From a virus (taxonomy: Duplodnaviria > Caudoviricetes), in IMG/VR virus record IMGVR_UViG_3300010052_000216, positions 1 through 64,000 of that record: a DNA stretch of 64,000 bases; one strand, 5' to 3'. Positions 47,632 to 58,900 of the stretch are shown here, one piece after another. The notes below the pieces were generated by a model. That model did not search any database, was not told where the DNA came from, and worked only from the letters and a program-made list of their open reading frames with translations. The translations under genes were made by a program, and so were the position numbers. How positions within the stretch are numbered: position 1 is the stretch's first letter; each line of letters starts with the position of its first letter.

Positions 47632-49219
47632 TTTCGATGTACTTAGGAGCTACCCAAGGAAGATCTGTTTCAAAAAACTTCAAAGCGCAATCTGTTTTAT
47701 GCTTGCTCATGTGGGCTAAGAGTTTCTCGCGATTAGGATGGCTCGTGTTCAGAATAGCATTAACACTTTCTACAGAATTGACTTTTAATAACTGCGGTTC
47801 AAGAGTTGGATGATCTTCGTCCTCATCGAAACACACTTTGATGTTCTCTTTGCAGAAGTAATCCTTGTACTTGGTTTTAAGTCCTGCAACCTTTTTGTCA
47901 TTGTCTGTGAATACGGTAACCTTCAAATTAAGATGGTCTGCTATCTCAAGGAAACGCTTAAATGCGAGCGACCCAACAGATATGACATCTACTCCCTTTT
48001 CGATTGGAAGACAGCCATAAAGCTTTTTGAAAATACTCTGTACAATCAAGTCGTCAGATGGGCCTTCAACTAAAATGCAATGCTTTGAAAGGATTAGCCT
48101 TAACGTATCATATCCTGGAAGCTTCAAGAAATAGTTCTTAGTTTCTTCAGTTAGACCAGATAACAACAGCGGCTTGGTGCTTGGGGAAATAAGCCTCAAG
48201 TTATCAATCCCAAGTTTGTTCAAGACAAACGCACTATGAGTCGTAATGATCACTTGCCTATCAGCGCAATCTGTAGCTATGTCATTCATTAGCATGTTCA
48301 GATTGGAATGTGACAAATGATTCTCCGGTTCTTCAATCAACAAAACACGTGATTGCAGAGAGTCCGCGATAGCAAGCCTCATCTGGATTCGGCATTGCTC
48401 ACCTTTGCCTGCACAATCGAATGGCAAATCATCAAGATGAGCCGCAATAGCACTGTCCCAAGATGAACGTGAAGAGAGATCTACTTGAACTGTTAGCTTT
48501 TTGGTAGTGGCGGATTTTCCCTTTAGTTTGAGATGGTCATTGATGGCCGTAACCCCTTTCTCCTGTGAGAAGCCATGACGCATCTTCTTGTATGCAAGTG
48601 AAAGATCACGACGTTGAGCTACCGTTAGTACGTCATCAACTAACTGTGAAACGTATCTGTTCGGCCCTCTAACCATACGCGGCAAGCTAGTGTCAATGGT
48701 TTTTGATTTAAAGGCTATTTTCTTGTTTACGATGTTGTTGTCTGTGAAGGACCTCCAAAGGCATTTATAAAACTCAATCGGGATAATGGGAGGATTGAGA
48801 AAATCCTTGGCGTAATCAACTAACGCTTCCGCGTGATCATCATCAATTTCAATCTTCAGCTTAAGACCAGGACAATTCTCGTGCTTTGTGTTATTCCGTC
48901 CGGATAACCACGCTATGTTAGGGTCGTCATCATCACTAAGATACGCTTCTATCAAAATGCTAGGCGGGCTTGCTTGTTTACCTTCGCGTATCGCTTTGAA
49001 ATAAGCCGCAACCGCATCAAGATTGAACAAATAAGGATCAAGGGACTGCTCTATAAATCTTCCGCAATACTGTCTCGTAAGAACAAGATGGATTGCTTCA
49101 AGAATGGAAGATTTCCCTGATTCGTTGTCTCCAACAATTACGGTTACCTTGTCATTCAAAGACAAATCAAACTTCGTAAGGCGCTTATAACCCTCGATAT
49201 AAATCCTTGTGACGTGCAT
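47612..49219 (-). CDS. gajA: OLD-family ABC ATPase-TOPRIM nuclease (Gabija GajA)
   Basis: GDNESGKSS; LIEEPENHLSH; TTHS; TOPRIM ILVEGPSD and TDND; start moved to MHVTRI. Confidence 0.85.
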   Translation of the reverse strand: MHVTRIYIEGYKRLTKFDLSLNDKVTVIVGDNESGKSSILEAIHLVLTRQYCGRFIEQSLDPYLFNLDAVAAYFKAIREGKQASPPSILIEAYLSDDDDPNIAWLSGRNNTKHENCPGLKLKIEIDDDHAEALVDYAKDFLNPPIIPIEFYKCLWRSFTDNNIVNKKIAFKSKTIDTSLPRMVRGPNRYVSQLVDDVLTVAQRRDLSLAYKKMRHGFSQEKGVTAINDHLKLKGKSATTKKLTVQVDLSSRSSWDSAIAAHLDDLPFDCAGKGEQCRIQMRLAIADSLQSRVLLIEEPENHLSHSNLNMLMNDIATDCADRQVIITTHSAFVLNKLGIDNLRLISPSTKPLLLSGLTEETKNYFLKLPGYDTLRLILSKHCILVEGPSDDLIVQSIFKKLYGCLPIEKGVDVISVGSLAFKRFLEIADHLNLKVTVFTDNDKKVAGLKTKYKDYFCKENIKVCFDEDEDHPTLEPQLLKVNSVESVNAILNTSHPNREKLLAHMSKHKTDCALKFFETDLPWVAPKYIENALQPK

Positions 49220-49470
49220 AATCCTGCCCCACAGTAGCTTGCCTAAAAAATCCTGAAGACTCGAAACAGAGGTATTATCAGAGGTTGATCGTGACTTGTC
49301 AAAGCAGTTAACCTTTGAACAGATACCCACGAGCTTTGACATGTTTTCTAAGTTTTTCAATTTGAATTAGTTGCCACTTTTCCCGTAATGAAGCATTGCA
49401 TGGAAATTCGGGCAAACCTGTCGCAGGTCAGTCTCCGTACGGGCGGCATCCTGTGATTGAGCATGACCCT

Positions 49471-49485
49471 AACCCTCTTCGGAAT
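49471..49485 (+). repeat. 15-bp direct repeat copy 1 (att-core candidate)
   Basis: AACCCTCTTCGGAAT, identical at 60229-60243. Confidence 0.45.
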
Positions 49486-49647
49486 TTCTCCCTATCTCTA
49501 GCGCGAAAACGCCCGAAAAGCAGCTGCTGGAAGCGCATGAAACGAATCGCTTAGTCGTACGTTATATTGTTGGGGATTAATGCGCTCGTCTTGAGAGTTC
49601 GATTGCCAATGTCGCACAGTTGGGCGATTTGATTTGGAGTATCGCGT

Positions 49648-50868
49648 ATGTATCGAACCGAATGTTTTTTACTCACTTTATTGGCTTGCATGGGCTGTCA
49701 GCGCGACCCAGTGCTACCGCCACCGAATCAAGTTGCCTCCGGTGAAACGGTCGAGACGAGCAAGCCTAACATTGCGTTTGAGAAAAAGCCTGTTTCAGCT
49801 GAATCGGCCCTGAGCGTGGAGACAATCTTCGACACGCTAACCGCCAATAGCTGGGCCAGTTTGCCTCTCAGCAAGGGGCATCCGGATCACAGCGTCTCTA
49901 CTTTCCAGGCAGATGGCACTTATTCTTACGAGTACTTTACTGACCATATTGTTCCGGCCACGAAGGGAAAGTGGAACCTGCAGTTTCTTCAGGGGCAGTG
50001 GTACCTCTGCCAGGACAATGGAAAACGTAGAACTATCACCGTTAATGAGGATGGCAGCATTACACTGCATCACGGCAAGCTGTACCCGCACAAGCCGCTG
50101 CAGCGTCAGGAGGGGCAGACAGCCGTAACACTGCCGACGTTGCAATTAATGCCGAAAGTTCAGGAAATCGTCCAGCGCATGACTGGGCAAACATGGAAGC
50201 GGGCGAACGACATAGACTTGCGTAGGGAACCCACGCTGGTTCGTTTTCAACCCGATTGGACTTATGTTGCCACCTATCGGAACGGAGAATGCAAGAGCGA
50301 AGGCACTTGGTACGCGACAACGGATGAGATAATCGCGGTGAGCCCGAAAGGTCACTGTGATGACCGGCACGGCACCGGCGGCGATTCGCTCACAGCCGAG
50401 GTCATCGACGACCGGAAGATTCTCGTGAACCGGGATCTCTATGTACCCGAGGATGAGCCAGTGCCGCGCGGGATCATCTGGGGGCTATTGGGATTTGAAC
50501 CAGTAGTCAGCATCCGCGCTGAGTATGAGATGCCCATCCGCGTTGGCAAGTCGGTTCGCTTCGATGTGACGATCACCAACGGTGGCCGCGACACGCTGAA
50601 GTTAGATAGATTCTCACTTAGCCCCGCTTACAGCAACTATGGTCGCGACCTTGGTAAACCTGGGGAGCAGCCAGTACTGCCAGCTGACGAAATTGCCGGT
50701 ATTGACCTGGAGGGAAAAATGCTGGCTCCTTCCGAATCACACACGTTTCGTCTGACAGCGGAATTGCCAAAAGCAGGACAACAGTGGGTCTACTTCAATG
50801 GCTTGGTGTCCGGGCCAACGCAAAACTGGGACATCCATCGGGCGCATGAGCTGACTGTGAAGGAGTGA
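49648..50868 (+). CDS. Hypothetical lipoprotein
   Basis: LLTLLACMGC lipobox-like; two META/lipocalin-like segments (F..DGTY/W..GKW); C-terminal Ig-like region. Confidence 0.7.
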   Translation: MYRTECFLLTLLACMGCQRDPVLPPPNQVASGETVETSKPNIAFEKKPVSAESALSVETIFDTLTANSWASLPLSKGHPDHSVSTFQADGTYSYEYFTDHIVPATKGKWNLQFLQGQWYLCQDNGKRRTITVNEDGSITLHHGKLYPHKPLQRQEGQTAVTLPTLQLMPKVQEIVQRMTGQTWKRANDIDLRREPTLVRFQPDWTYVATYRNGECKSEGTWYATTDEIIAVSPKGHCDDRHGTGGDSLTAEVIDDRKILVNRDLYVPEDEPVPRGIIWGLLGFEPVVSIRAEYEMPIRVGKSVRFDVTITNGGRDTLKLDRFSLSPAYSNYGRDLGKPGEQPVLPADEIAGIDLEGKMLAPSESHTFRLTAELPKAGQQWVYFNGLVSGPTQNWDIHRAHELTVKE

Positions 50869-50935
50869 TGCGGTTCGTGACATAGAGGATTTGCACGTGG
50901 CTCGGCATGCCTGCACCAAGGAATCTACATGGAAT

Positions 50936-51207
50936 TCCGAAACCCGTTGCTTTCGGTCCCCCGAAACCAAACGGGTTGTTAACCTAGCGGCCTACTTAAA
51001 ACAGAGAGCGCGAGAGTATCTGGCGAGATTACCATCAAGATCGCGACCAACTTGCAGCTAGAGAAGTTATAGAGAACTCTCGTAATCAGGCCGACTCAAG
51101 AAAATCCATGCAATAGACTCGCAAAACGTCAAACGCCGGGAGCTCTTGCTCTTGGCGTTTTGTGTAAACCCATGGGTCGGCGGTATTTCCGCAGATTTGA
51201 AAAGCTC
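50936..51207. repeat. Structured non-coding element, copy A (~272 bp)
   Basis: Aligns end to end with 59947-60219; hairpins at 50943-50975 and 51131-51160. Confidence 0.8.
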
Positions 51208-51451
51208 AAAAACGGGCTGACTCAGCGGCGACTGATTGATTAACAACGACATTACTTAAATACTCCAGAAATTGAAAGCAACTCATTGTGGCTAAACAGG
51301 TTAAGGCATAGCATAACTGCTTCACAGCCCGGAATGAGTGTTTGCCCTTTTGTATTCACTTCCAAAAAAAATACCGCGGAAGCTGCGGATAATTTAGTAC
51401 AAGCCAAATCCCATTTTCTGCGTGAGTAATATTCCTGCATTGCCAATCGGT

Positions 51452-53662
51452 TCAGACGATTAAGCGATTTGCTCTTCCTAAAGTAGTAGATCGCCGGCGT
51501 TGAAGATATCCAATGAAAACTAGACCAATAAATCCCAGCAAAGCCCACGTCCCCGGTTCGGGAACTGGTGTGAGGAGATAAACACTAATCCCCGCATTCT
51601 GTCCAACCGTACGCCCAGTTCCAAGAATATAAAGAGGCGATCCACCGGGTGTTGTGCTAATCTCGCCCGGGACGGTGGAGCCGTAGACGCTCGACAAGTA
51701 TTGCCAGCCCTCGGCCGTGAGCCCGCCTTCGACCAGACTCCCCAGATCATAGAACCCCGCGTCGAGACTCCACCAAAAAGCGCGGTCGCCCACCAACGTG
51801 TTGCCGTTATAGAGTCGGTAGCTGCCGAGGACCACTCCTTCCTCGGTCAGCAGCGCAGGAGCGGTATAGCTGTAGTTATCGGGCAGGAAACTGAACTCCA
51901 ACGCCGTGGTGACGTTCGTTGACGGGTCGTAGAACCAGCCTGACTGGCCGAGGCTTCCGACACGTTCTGTGTACCCCAGGACTTGCCCCGCTTCATTGAG
52001 CTGCTGAATATTGTTGTTGCGGTAGGTTCCGCCCACGGTGGTATTTGTTGGGGACGACTCGTATGCACTACCCGTGAGGCCGATGAGCTGGGTATTTGTG
52101 CCGCTGAACAGCCAAGCGTCACGGCCGAGGAAGTCTCCGGCCGAGTTACGGCGCTGGGTAGTGCCGAGAACTTGTCCGGCTTCGTTCATTTGCGCGGTTG
52201 CCGAGAGGCGATATGTCCCGCCGCCGGTGCCAGTAAACGCGTACTCATAACCAGGTCCAGTCAACCCGATCATTTGCGTGGTGGTGCCGTTAAAGTACCA
52301 GGCATCTTCGCCGAGCGTTTCACCCGCGGTATTGTAACGCTCGACGTAGCCGCGGACATGCCCGGCGTTATTCATCTCTTCGGCATAGTTATAGCGTATC
52401 GTTCCGCCATTAAGGCTGGTACTTGGTTTCTCGTAACTAGTGCCGGTCAGACCGATGAATTGCGTGCTGATGCCGTCGAAGAACCATGTGTCTTGTCCCA
52501 GACCATTTCCCGAGGCGTTGTAGCGAAAGCTGTACCCGCGAACGTGTCCGGCTTGGTTCATCTGCTCGGGATAGGAGTGACGAGCGGTACCAGTGCTATC
52601 CGTGTACTGGTATACGCCGCCGATGAGACCGATGCGCTGGGAATTAATGCCATTGAAGAACCAAGCGTCCTGGCTATTGGAGATGAACCCCAAATTGGTC
52701 GTAGGCCGTGAAAACCCGCTGGCCTGTCCCGCATCATTCAAATGATAAACGAGAGATCCGCGAACCGTCCCGCCTCCGCCACTGGTGTATTCGTAGCCGG
52801 CTCCTATTAAACCTATGATTTGAGTAGTACTGCCGTTGAACAGCCAAGTGTCCCCACCGAGGCCGCTGCCTGTAGCGCTGCGACGACCGGAGCTGCCGAT
52901 CACTTGCCCGGCTTCGTTGATTTGCTTCACTTCTGAGCCGCTATAGGTTGCACCCGCAGAGTTGGGGACGGCAGACTCAGCGTTCAGGCCGATGAGCCGC
53001 GTGCTGGTGCCGTTGAATAGCCAAGCAACTTTACCTTGGTTCGTTCCTGTAGAACTGTAGCGATCGGAGTAACCGATGACCTGTCCGGCATTGTTCATCT
53101 GCACCGCTTCATTGGTGCGCCAGATCCCGAAGGTGCTGCGAGTGTATTCGTAATCGGTTCCGACCATGCCGATGAGAAGCGTGGTAGTACCGTTGAAGAA
53201 CCAAGAGTCGCGGCCGAGTTGAGCGCCTGTAGGGGACTGCCGAAAAGTGTACCCGTGAACTTGCCCAGCCTCGTTCATATCCTGGCCAACGGCGGAACGG
53301 GTGGGAGGGCCGCTACTCGTTTTGTCATATCCACTTCCGGTCAACCCGATGGGGATCGTGCTGTTGCCGTCAAAGACCCAGATGTCTTCACCGAAGCCTC
53401 CTCCGATATGTCCACGCAGGTATGAGTAGCCACGAACATATCCGGCCTGGTTCATCTGTTGGGCAACGCTGGTATAAGCTTTTCCGCTACTGGTAATGTT
53501 CACGTAATCGCTGCCAGTCAGGCCAATTTCCGTGAGGTTGTAACCAGCGGGCGGTGTCTGCCCTTGGACTCCGAACATGACACCGCAGTAGATAATCAAA
53601 GCAACTAAGATGCGCAACAGAGCGCAGCTTCGCATAGATTGATCAAAATGAATCAAATGCAC
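51452..53662 (-). CDS. PEP-CTERM protein with nine ~60-aa repeats (probable beta-propeller)
   Basis: Repeat IGL.G..Y....MN.AG.V.GY.....G.D.W.FNG; C-terminal VPEPGT + TM + RRR; start may be 53635. Confidence 0.85.
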   Translation of the reverse strand: MHLIHFDQSMRSCALLRILVALIIYCGVMFGVQGQTPPAGYNLTEIGLTGSDYVNITSSGKAYTSVAQQMNQAGYVRGYSYLRGHIGGGFGEDIWVFDGNSTIPIGLTGSGYDKTSSGPPTRSAVGQDMNEAGQVHGYTFRQSPTGAQLGRDSWFFNGTTTLLIGMVGTDYEYTRSTFGIWRTNEAVQMNNAGQVIGYSDRYSSTGTNQGKVAWLFNGTSTRLIGLNAESAVPNSAGATYSGSEVKQINEAGQVIGSSGRRSATGSGLGGDTWLFNGSTTQIIGLIGAGYEYTSGGGGTVRGSLVYHLNDAGQASGFSRPTTNLGFISNSQDAWFFNGINSQRIGLIGGVYQYTDSTGTARHSYPEQMNQAGHVRGYSFRYNASGNGLGQDTWFFDGISTQFIGLTGTSYEKPSTSLNGGTIRYNYAEEMNNAGHVRGYVERYNTAGETLGEDAWYFNGTTTQMIGLTGPGYEYAFTGTGGGTYRLSATAQMNEAGQVLGTTQRRNSAGDFLGRDAWLFSGTNTQLIGLTGSAYESSPTNTTVGGTYRNNNIQQLNEAGQVLGYTERVGSLGQSGWFYDPSTNVTTALEFSFLPDNYSYTAPALLTEEGVVLGSYRLYNGNTLVGDRAFWWSLDAGFYDLGSLVEGGLTAEGWQYLSSVYGSTVPGEISTTPGGSPLYILGTGRTVGQNAGISVYLLTPVPEPGTWALLGFIGLVFIGYLQRRRSTTLGRANRLIV

Positions 53663-54061
53663 GCCGAGCAGCCCCTTTTAGTGATGCGTCAGAAGAGATA
53701 CTCTCTGAGTACGAAGACAAATACCCAAACCTGTTCCACAACGATGATAATGGCTGTCAATAAGATTGTCATCTATCTTAGATGTAGAAAATCTATCTGA
53801 GCCAAGGGTGCTAAATATCAAGCGGTTTAAAGAAACTCGTTTTGATCACGGTTGGGGACCTCTCTAACTAGTGCATCGCGATCTCTAAGTATTCAAAAGC
53901 ACACCAAATGGGAATATTTAGTCGCGACCGGCTGGTTAACAACGCAACATCAGAAAAGATTTCCCAGAATATTCACAACCGCATTTACGCTAATGACTTA
54001 AGCGAAATCCTGATGTCGGGTGATGCCTAAATCTGAGAAAAGCCATGGTTAGAATGCCGCC

Positions 54062-54975
54062 ATGTTTCGACCCGCATCTCATCACACCGAGGCACTGCCC
54101 ACCGCGATCTACACGCGACAATCTCGCCCGCGCTCAAGTGATTTGACGTCCTGCGCCGCACAACGCTGGATTTGCTCTGACTTTTGTCGTGAGCAAGGTT
54201 TTCTCATTGCACAGGATGTTTTTGATGACGAAGGCGAATCAGCGAAACCTTGGATCGTCCGGCGCTGCAGCGCCTTCTAAAAGCAGTCGAGGCCCGCGAA
54301 GTCAGTCGGGTCGTGGTCTATGGCATCGATCGGCTGACACGCAAGTTGTTCCATCTACGCAACTCTTGGAAACATTCGAACGTTTTAAGGTGGCACTGAG
54401 CGTGGTGACGGACCCGAAATTCGGGGAATCGGCCGTCAACCGTCTGACTTCGAACATAATCGCTGCGGCCAGCGAGTTTCAAATGGAAATCACCCGCGAA
54501 CGACTCGCTGACGCCAGGACGGCTCTTAAAAGCAAAGGGCGACGGGTCGCGGGGCGTGTTCCGTTTGGCTATCGAGCCAACACGGCCACCAAGCAGCTGT
54601 TTGTCGAACCGAATGAAGCACGGGTCGTTCGGCAGATTTTTCGTTGGGCGGCTGCTGGGATGCGGCCGCAGCAAATTGCCGACCAACTAAATGCCGTAGG
54701 CGATGATCCGACGACGGTTATTTGGACTGCCCGGCGGATCCTAAAATTGCTCTCCAATCCGACCTACACGGGTGCCGTTCGCCACGGCAATCGAACGCTC
54801 TCTGGTTGCCATGAAGCACTGGTCGAATCAGAGACGGCCGTGCGTATCCATGAAATGATCCAAGCTCGCCGCTCTCGAGTTCCGGGGCGTACCAAGCAAC
54901 AATGGGACTGGTCCCTGCGGGAGATTTTGATTTGCGATCAGTGCGGTCGGGCCATGAGCCCCAGTGTTTCGGGTT
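54062..54975 (+). pseudogene. Decayed large serine recombinase
   Basis: AIYTRQS, then frame changes at ~54240 and ~54359 that split DDEGES/ETLDRPALQRLL and HL/QLLETF; ends after LICDQCGRAMSP. Confidence 0.85.
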
Positions 54976-55110
54976 TCTCTTCTGGAGACGGAGCGGGCTC
55001 GCGCACACCCGCACGTAGGATGGGAGTGGTAGATGCTTCCAAGGCCCAACGTAACTTAATCTGAGGGCTCACTGTCTTGATGTCACGTATTACCGTGCGT
55101 TAGACCACCG

Positions 55111-55887
55111 TCACTTTTCCAGTGACGCCGCAAAGGGAGCTAGATTGTCTGGAGCTGTAGATTGCCCCGCCGCACGAGCTTTCTGACGATTGGCAATAGC
55201 AATCGTAGCTAACTCAATTGCTTTATCCTTAGGATAATAACCAAGTGCAGGATCCTCTAGTTGTAGCATACCCAGCATACTGCGTACTCCCGTTTCTGTT
55301 ATTTTGGTATCGCTCATATCCAATTTTTGCAGTTGTGAAAACTGAGCAATTTTTGCCGCAGTAATGTCATCACAATTTGTGCCGTTGAGCTTCAGAATTT
55401 TTAGTTCAGGATTATTACCTAATTTTTCAATATTGTGGCCATGGATGTTTGTAAACCGCAAATCGACGGAAGTTAACTTCATTTTCGACAGTGTCTCAAA
55501 GATCTCATCGTTTACATTGTTATTGGTGTCAATGATTAGCGTTTTAAGATTTTGTAAATCTGCTAACGGAGCAAAATCTTTGGACGATAGGTTTGTGCTA
55601 CGAATTCGTAACTCTTGAAGTTGCTTTATTTTCGAGATTAGAACAATGTCGTTTGCCGTCAGCTTATTGCTTCCGCAAGCCAAGACTTTGAATTCAGGGA
55701 TTTGAGGCAGATAGGGGAGCAGTTCTGAAAGTTGTTCATATTTCAGCCCTCCTGCACCTGTCAACTTTCCCGTTTTCTTGTCTCCATATTTGGCACGGAG
55801 TTCCGACACTTTTTGCTCAGCGCAGCCTGTAGCTGAGATCAGCACGGAAAAAAGTGGTATTAACAAAATTGAAAGATAAAATTTCAT
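55111..55887 (-). CDS. Leucine-rich-repeat lipoprotein (candidate immunity protein)
   Basis: Lipobox ..LISATGC; L..L.L..T.I repeats; 27 nt after the large hydrolase gene. Confidence 0.8.
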   Translation of the reverse strand: MKFYLSILLIPLFSVLISATGCAEQKVSELRAKYGDKKTGKLTGAGGLKYEQLSELLPYLPQIPEFKVLACGSNKLTANDIVLISKIKQLQELRIRSTNLSSKDFAPLADLQNLKTLIIDTNNNVNDEIFETLSKMKLTSVDLRFTNIHGHNIEKLGNNPELKILKLNGTNCDDITAAKIAQFSQLQKLDMSDTKITETGVRSMLGMLQLEDPALGYYPKDKAIELATIAIANRQKARAAGQSTAPDNLAPFAASLEK

Positions 55888-55914
55888 TTGTTTGCTGTTA
55901 CGGGTTAAGTAACG

Positions 55915-58900
55915 TTAATAGGTGGTCGCGAAAGCAGTTTTTGTTTTGACAGCTTTCCAAAATGCCCCGGTAATTGCGGCAGAATGATGGAATTGGAATG
56001 AATGACCGCTTGATAAACTCGTTCCATCTTCTGAGAAAGTTTTCATACCAAACTGTGGTGCAGAAATATCTACGCCAACAAAAGAACTAATGGAGTTGTC
56101 AACGCCCACCGCATCCGCATTCGCTTGTGAAAAGAATGCTAATATTTCAAAGGCTGTTGAGCCGGGATTGCTAGCATTATCAACCAACCCTGGAGTTAAA
56201 TCCACCCAATTGATGCGATCTTGTTGGAATTGGCCATCCTCTGTATATGGAACTCGATAATAATGACGAACGCCATTCGCGTCATTTTCCATTACATAAC
56301 GATAGGGCCAAAGCACTGTTGGAGGAAATGCTTTACCGGCACCATCCATCTTAAAAAACTGCGCGTATTTTTGAACAAGCAATGAATCGAGGTATTGTGC
56401 TAGGTCTTCACTCAAGTATTCAGCATTCTTTGTGACGGCATTATTCATTTCCCAAGCGAAGCTTACGGCAAAATCATCAGGATTGTAAAAATTAAAAGCA
56501 TGTGCTACTGCGGAGTCGAGTGCGCTTTTTGCGAAAGAACTCGTATTCGTTGTAGCAGACCCAAGTGGGAAATGCCGTAATAAGTCATGATCCGATGTAT
56601 TTGCCGCTAGCATCCAATCCGATATTGAACTAAGTGCTTCATTACCTATAAACTGATCGGGTATGTTGATAGTGAAAGCATCTGTATTATTTTCGGCATA
56701 AGCCCCGCCTGAAATAGCTGCCTGCATGGCAACATAACTTTCGACCAATTTAGAATTTGACTGTTGATGCCATTGGCGGAGTGCTGAAGCGACGACGGTG
56801 TTGCCCATGCTATGAGCAAGCAGATGTGTTTTTCCAGAAAGTTCGGATGCAAGCAAATTCATCAGAGCTTTGCCAGAACGCCACGCTTGAAACTCGCTCA
56901 TATTGAATGTCATATTCAATTCCTCTGGTGTTCGAGGACCCTCTTCATTACTGAAGGTTGGCCAGTCGAATTCAACCAGTTGCCCGCGATAGCCCTGCCA
57001 ATAGAGACGCTTAAATGCGGTCTCCGAAAAAGCCCGCTTCCAGTCGTTGCCAATATTACCAGGCATGTTCCAGCCATGGACTAGAACGATTCGCTCCGTG
57101 CCAGAGAGAAATGGCTTATTCGATGTGGTAGCCGTGTGTTCGGCGATGGCATCAGTGTAGGAGACAAAACTTAGATCTTGCCGAGAAGTGGCAGTCATTG
57201 GGATGGTATAGCGTGAATAAAAGTCTTTGAAATCATGCAATTCAAGCTGGATCGGAACATAGCGTGTCCGAGTTATACCGTTCGAATAAACGAACGATAC
57301 ATTTATGTATATTTGTGTGTTAATGACACCAGAGCCTCGTCCTTCAAAAATAAAACTACTGACATCATCCAAACCCGTAATAAAGTGATAATTGATTCCC
57401 GAAAGTTGTGTATTCAAATTAGAATTTTCAACTTGATCCTTCGATAACTGTAAATCTAGAACATGTGCGTTAGTTATACCGTTTGCTGTAGGAGCTTGAT
57501 AAAGCTGGACAGCGCCTTCCACCGAACTCCCTAAACGAAATGACATCGTATTAGGATTCGATGTAAATGTCTTGACATCACTAAAGCCCGAGTTAACCAA
57601 AAGCGGATCTAGAAATAAATTGAGCCTGGCAAAATCTTCCAAGTCTCGTGTGTTGCTGATAGTGGCATCCGAGTTATCTAGTATTATTCGTGCAACTTTA
57701 TCCGTCACATAGTAATCACCGTCTTCTCCATGATTGCCTTCTTGATCGTTGTTATACCAAAAAGTTAATTGCTTATCGTAGCTATTAGTAAAATCTATAT
57801 TATTATCTCGGTTACCATCAACGCCAAGATTGACGTCAATGACACTATATTTGGCAGTATCCTTCATAATAACACTATTTGTAGTATTACGATCAAATAC
57901 TGAATAAGTTAATATATTAGCAGTGTTTATACTGCGACTAAGGCCCTCAATATAAATACTGATTTCAGCATCAGTGGCATGTATCGGATCGCCATTTTTT
58001 ATGATTGACCAATCGCTATCAACTTGGAACATGCCATCACTATAACCCACTGACCAAATACGTATTTTAGAGCTGTCAAACTGCAATTTGTAACTATGAG
58101 TTGAAACCCACTCGCTAGGCATGATTAGTTTAGCTTGTGTAAAATCACCCAAATAATTTGGATCAATATTGAAAGCGGGATCAGCATAATCCGGCAAGTA
58201 TTTGGTAATCCCGGCTTCGCTCTGTGTTGCTGCACTAATGCCTTTAGAAAAATCACTGTTCTGCCACACAAAAGAACCTAATTCCGTTTCCGCTAGATCC
58301 CCCTGATTATCAATAATTAGATCGATGCCATAAGCTGCCACCTTTACGGCATCTGTGGCAATTATCGCCCCGCCTTCCTGATAGATTTGTGTGGTAACTA
58401 TACCTACGCCAGTCGAAACAGCCTCAATCCATAGCTTCTCTGGAACTGGTACATTACCCCCGATTGTCCAACGTTTTTCTCCGCCAATGAATGTAATGAG
58501 TCCACTTTTGTCTGGGCTAGCGTAAAGCTTAAAATTCGTGGAATCAAGCGTGAGAACAACTTCGTGTACCAATTGCGTTAATTGCGTGATATTGTGGCTT
58601 AATTGCAGTTCACGAAGGTCATTTTCACCAATAACTGCTGTATTCTGCAAATAATCCAATACACCATTTTCATCGTCATCATTATTGTTCAAGCTAACTA
58701 TGATGCCGTTACCTGTTAACTCGATTGGATCATCTGTACCTCCGGCATTTATCGGATCGATGAAATTATCATTGTTGCTATCGCCATCTAAATCGATAGT
58801 TATTGGATCAACAGTAAGTTTTGCTAGATCAAGCGACTCGACCGCCCCCGATCCCCATGGTACCCACTGCAGATCAATATTTGTATTTCCTGGCGTAATG

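Noticed and set aside
54980-55035. GAGCGGG...CGCACGT resembling group II intron domain V or a tRNA end
   Set aside because: No AGC/CGC triad hairpin geometry and no T-arm consensus
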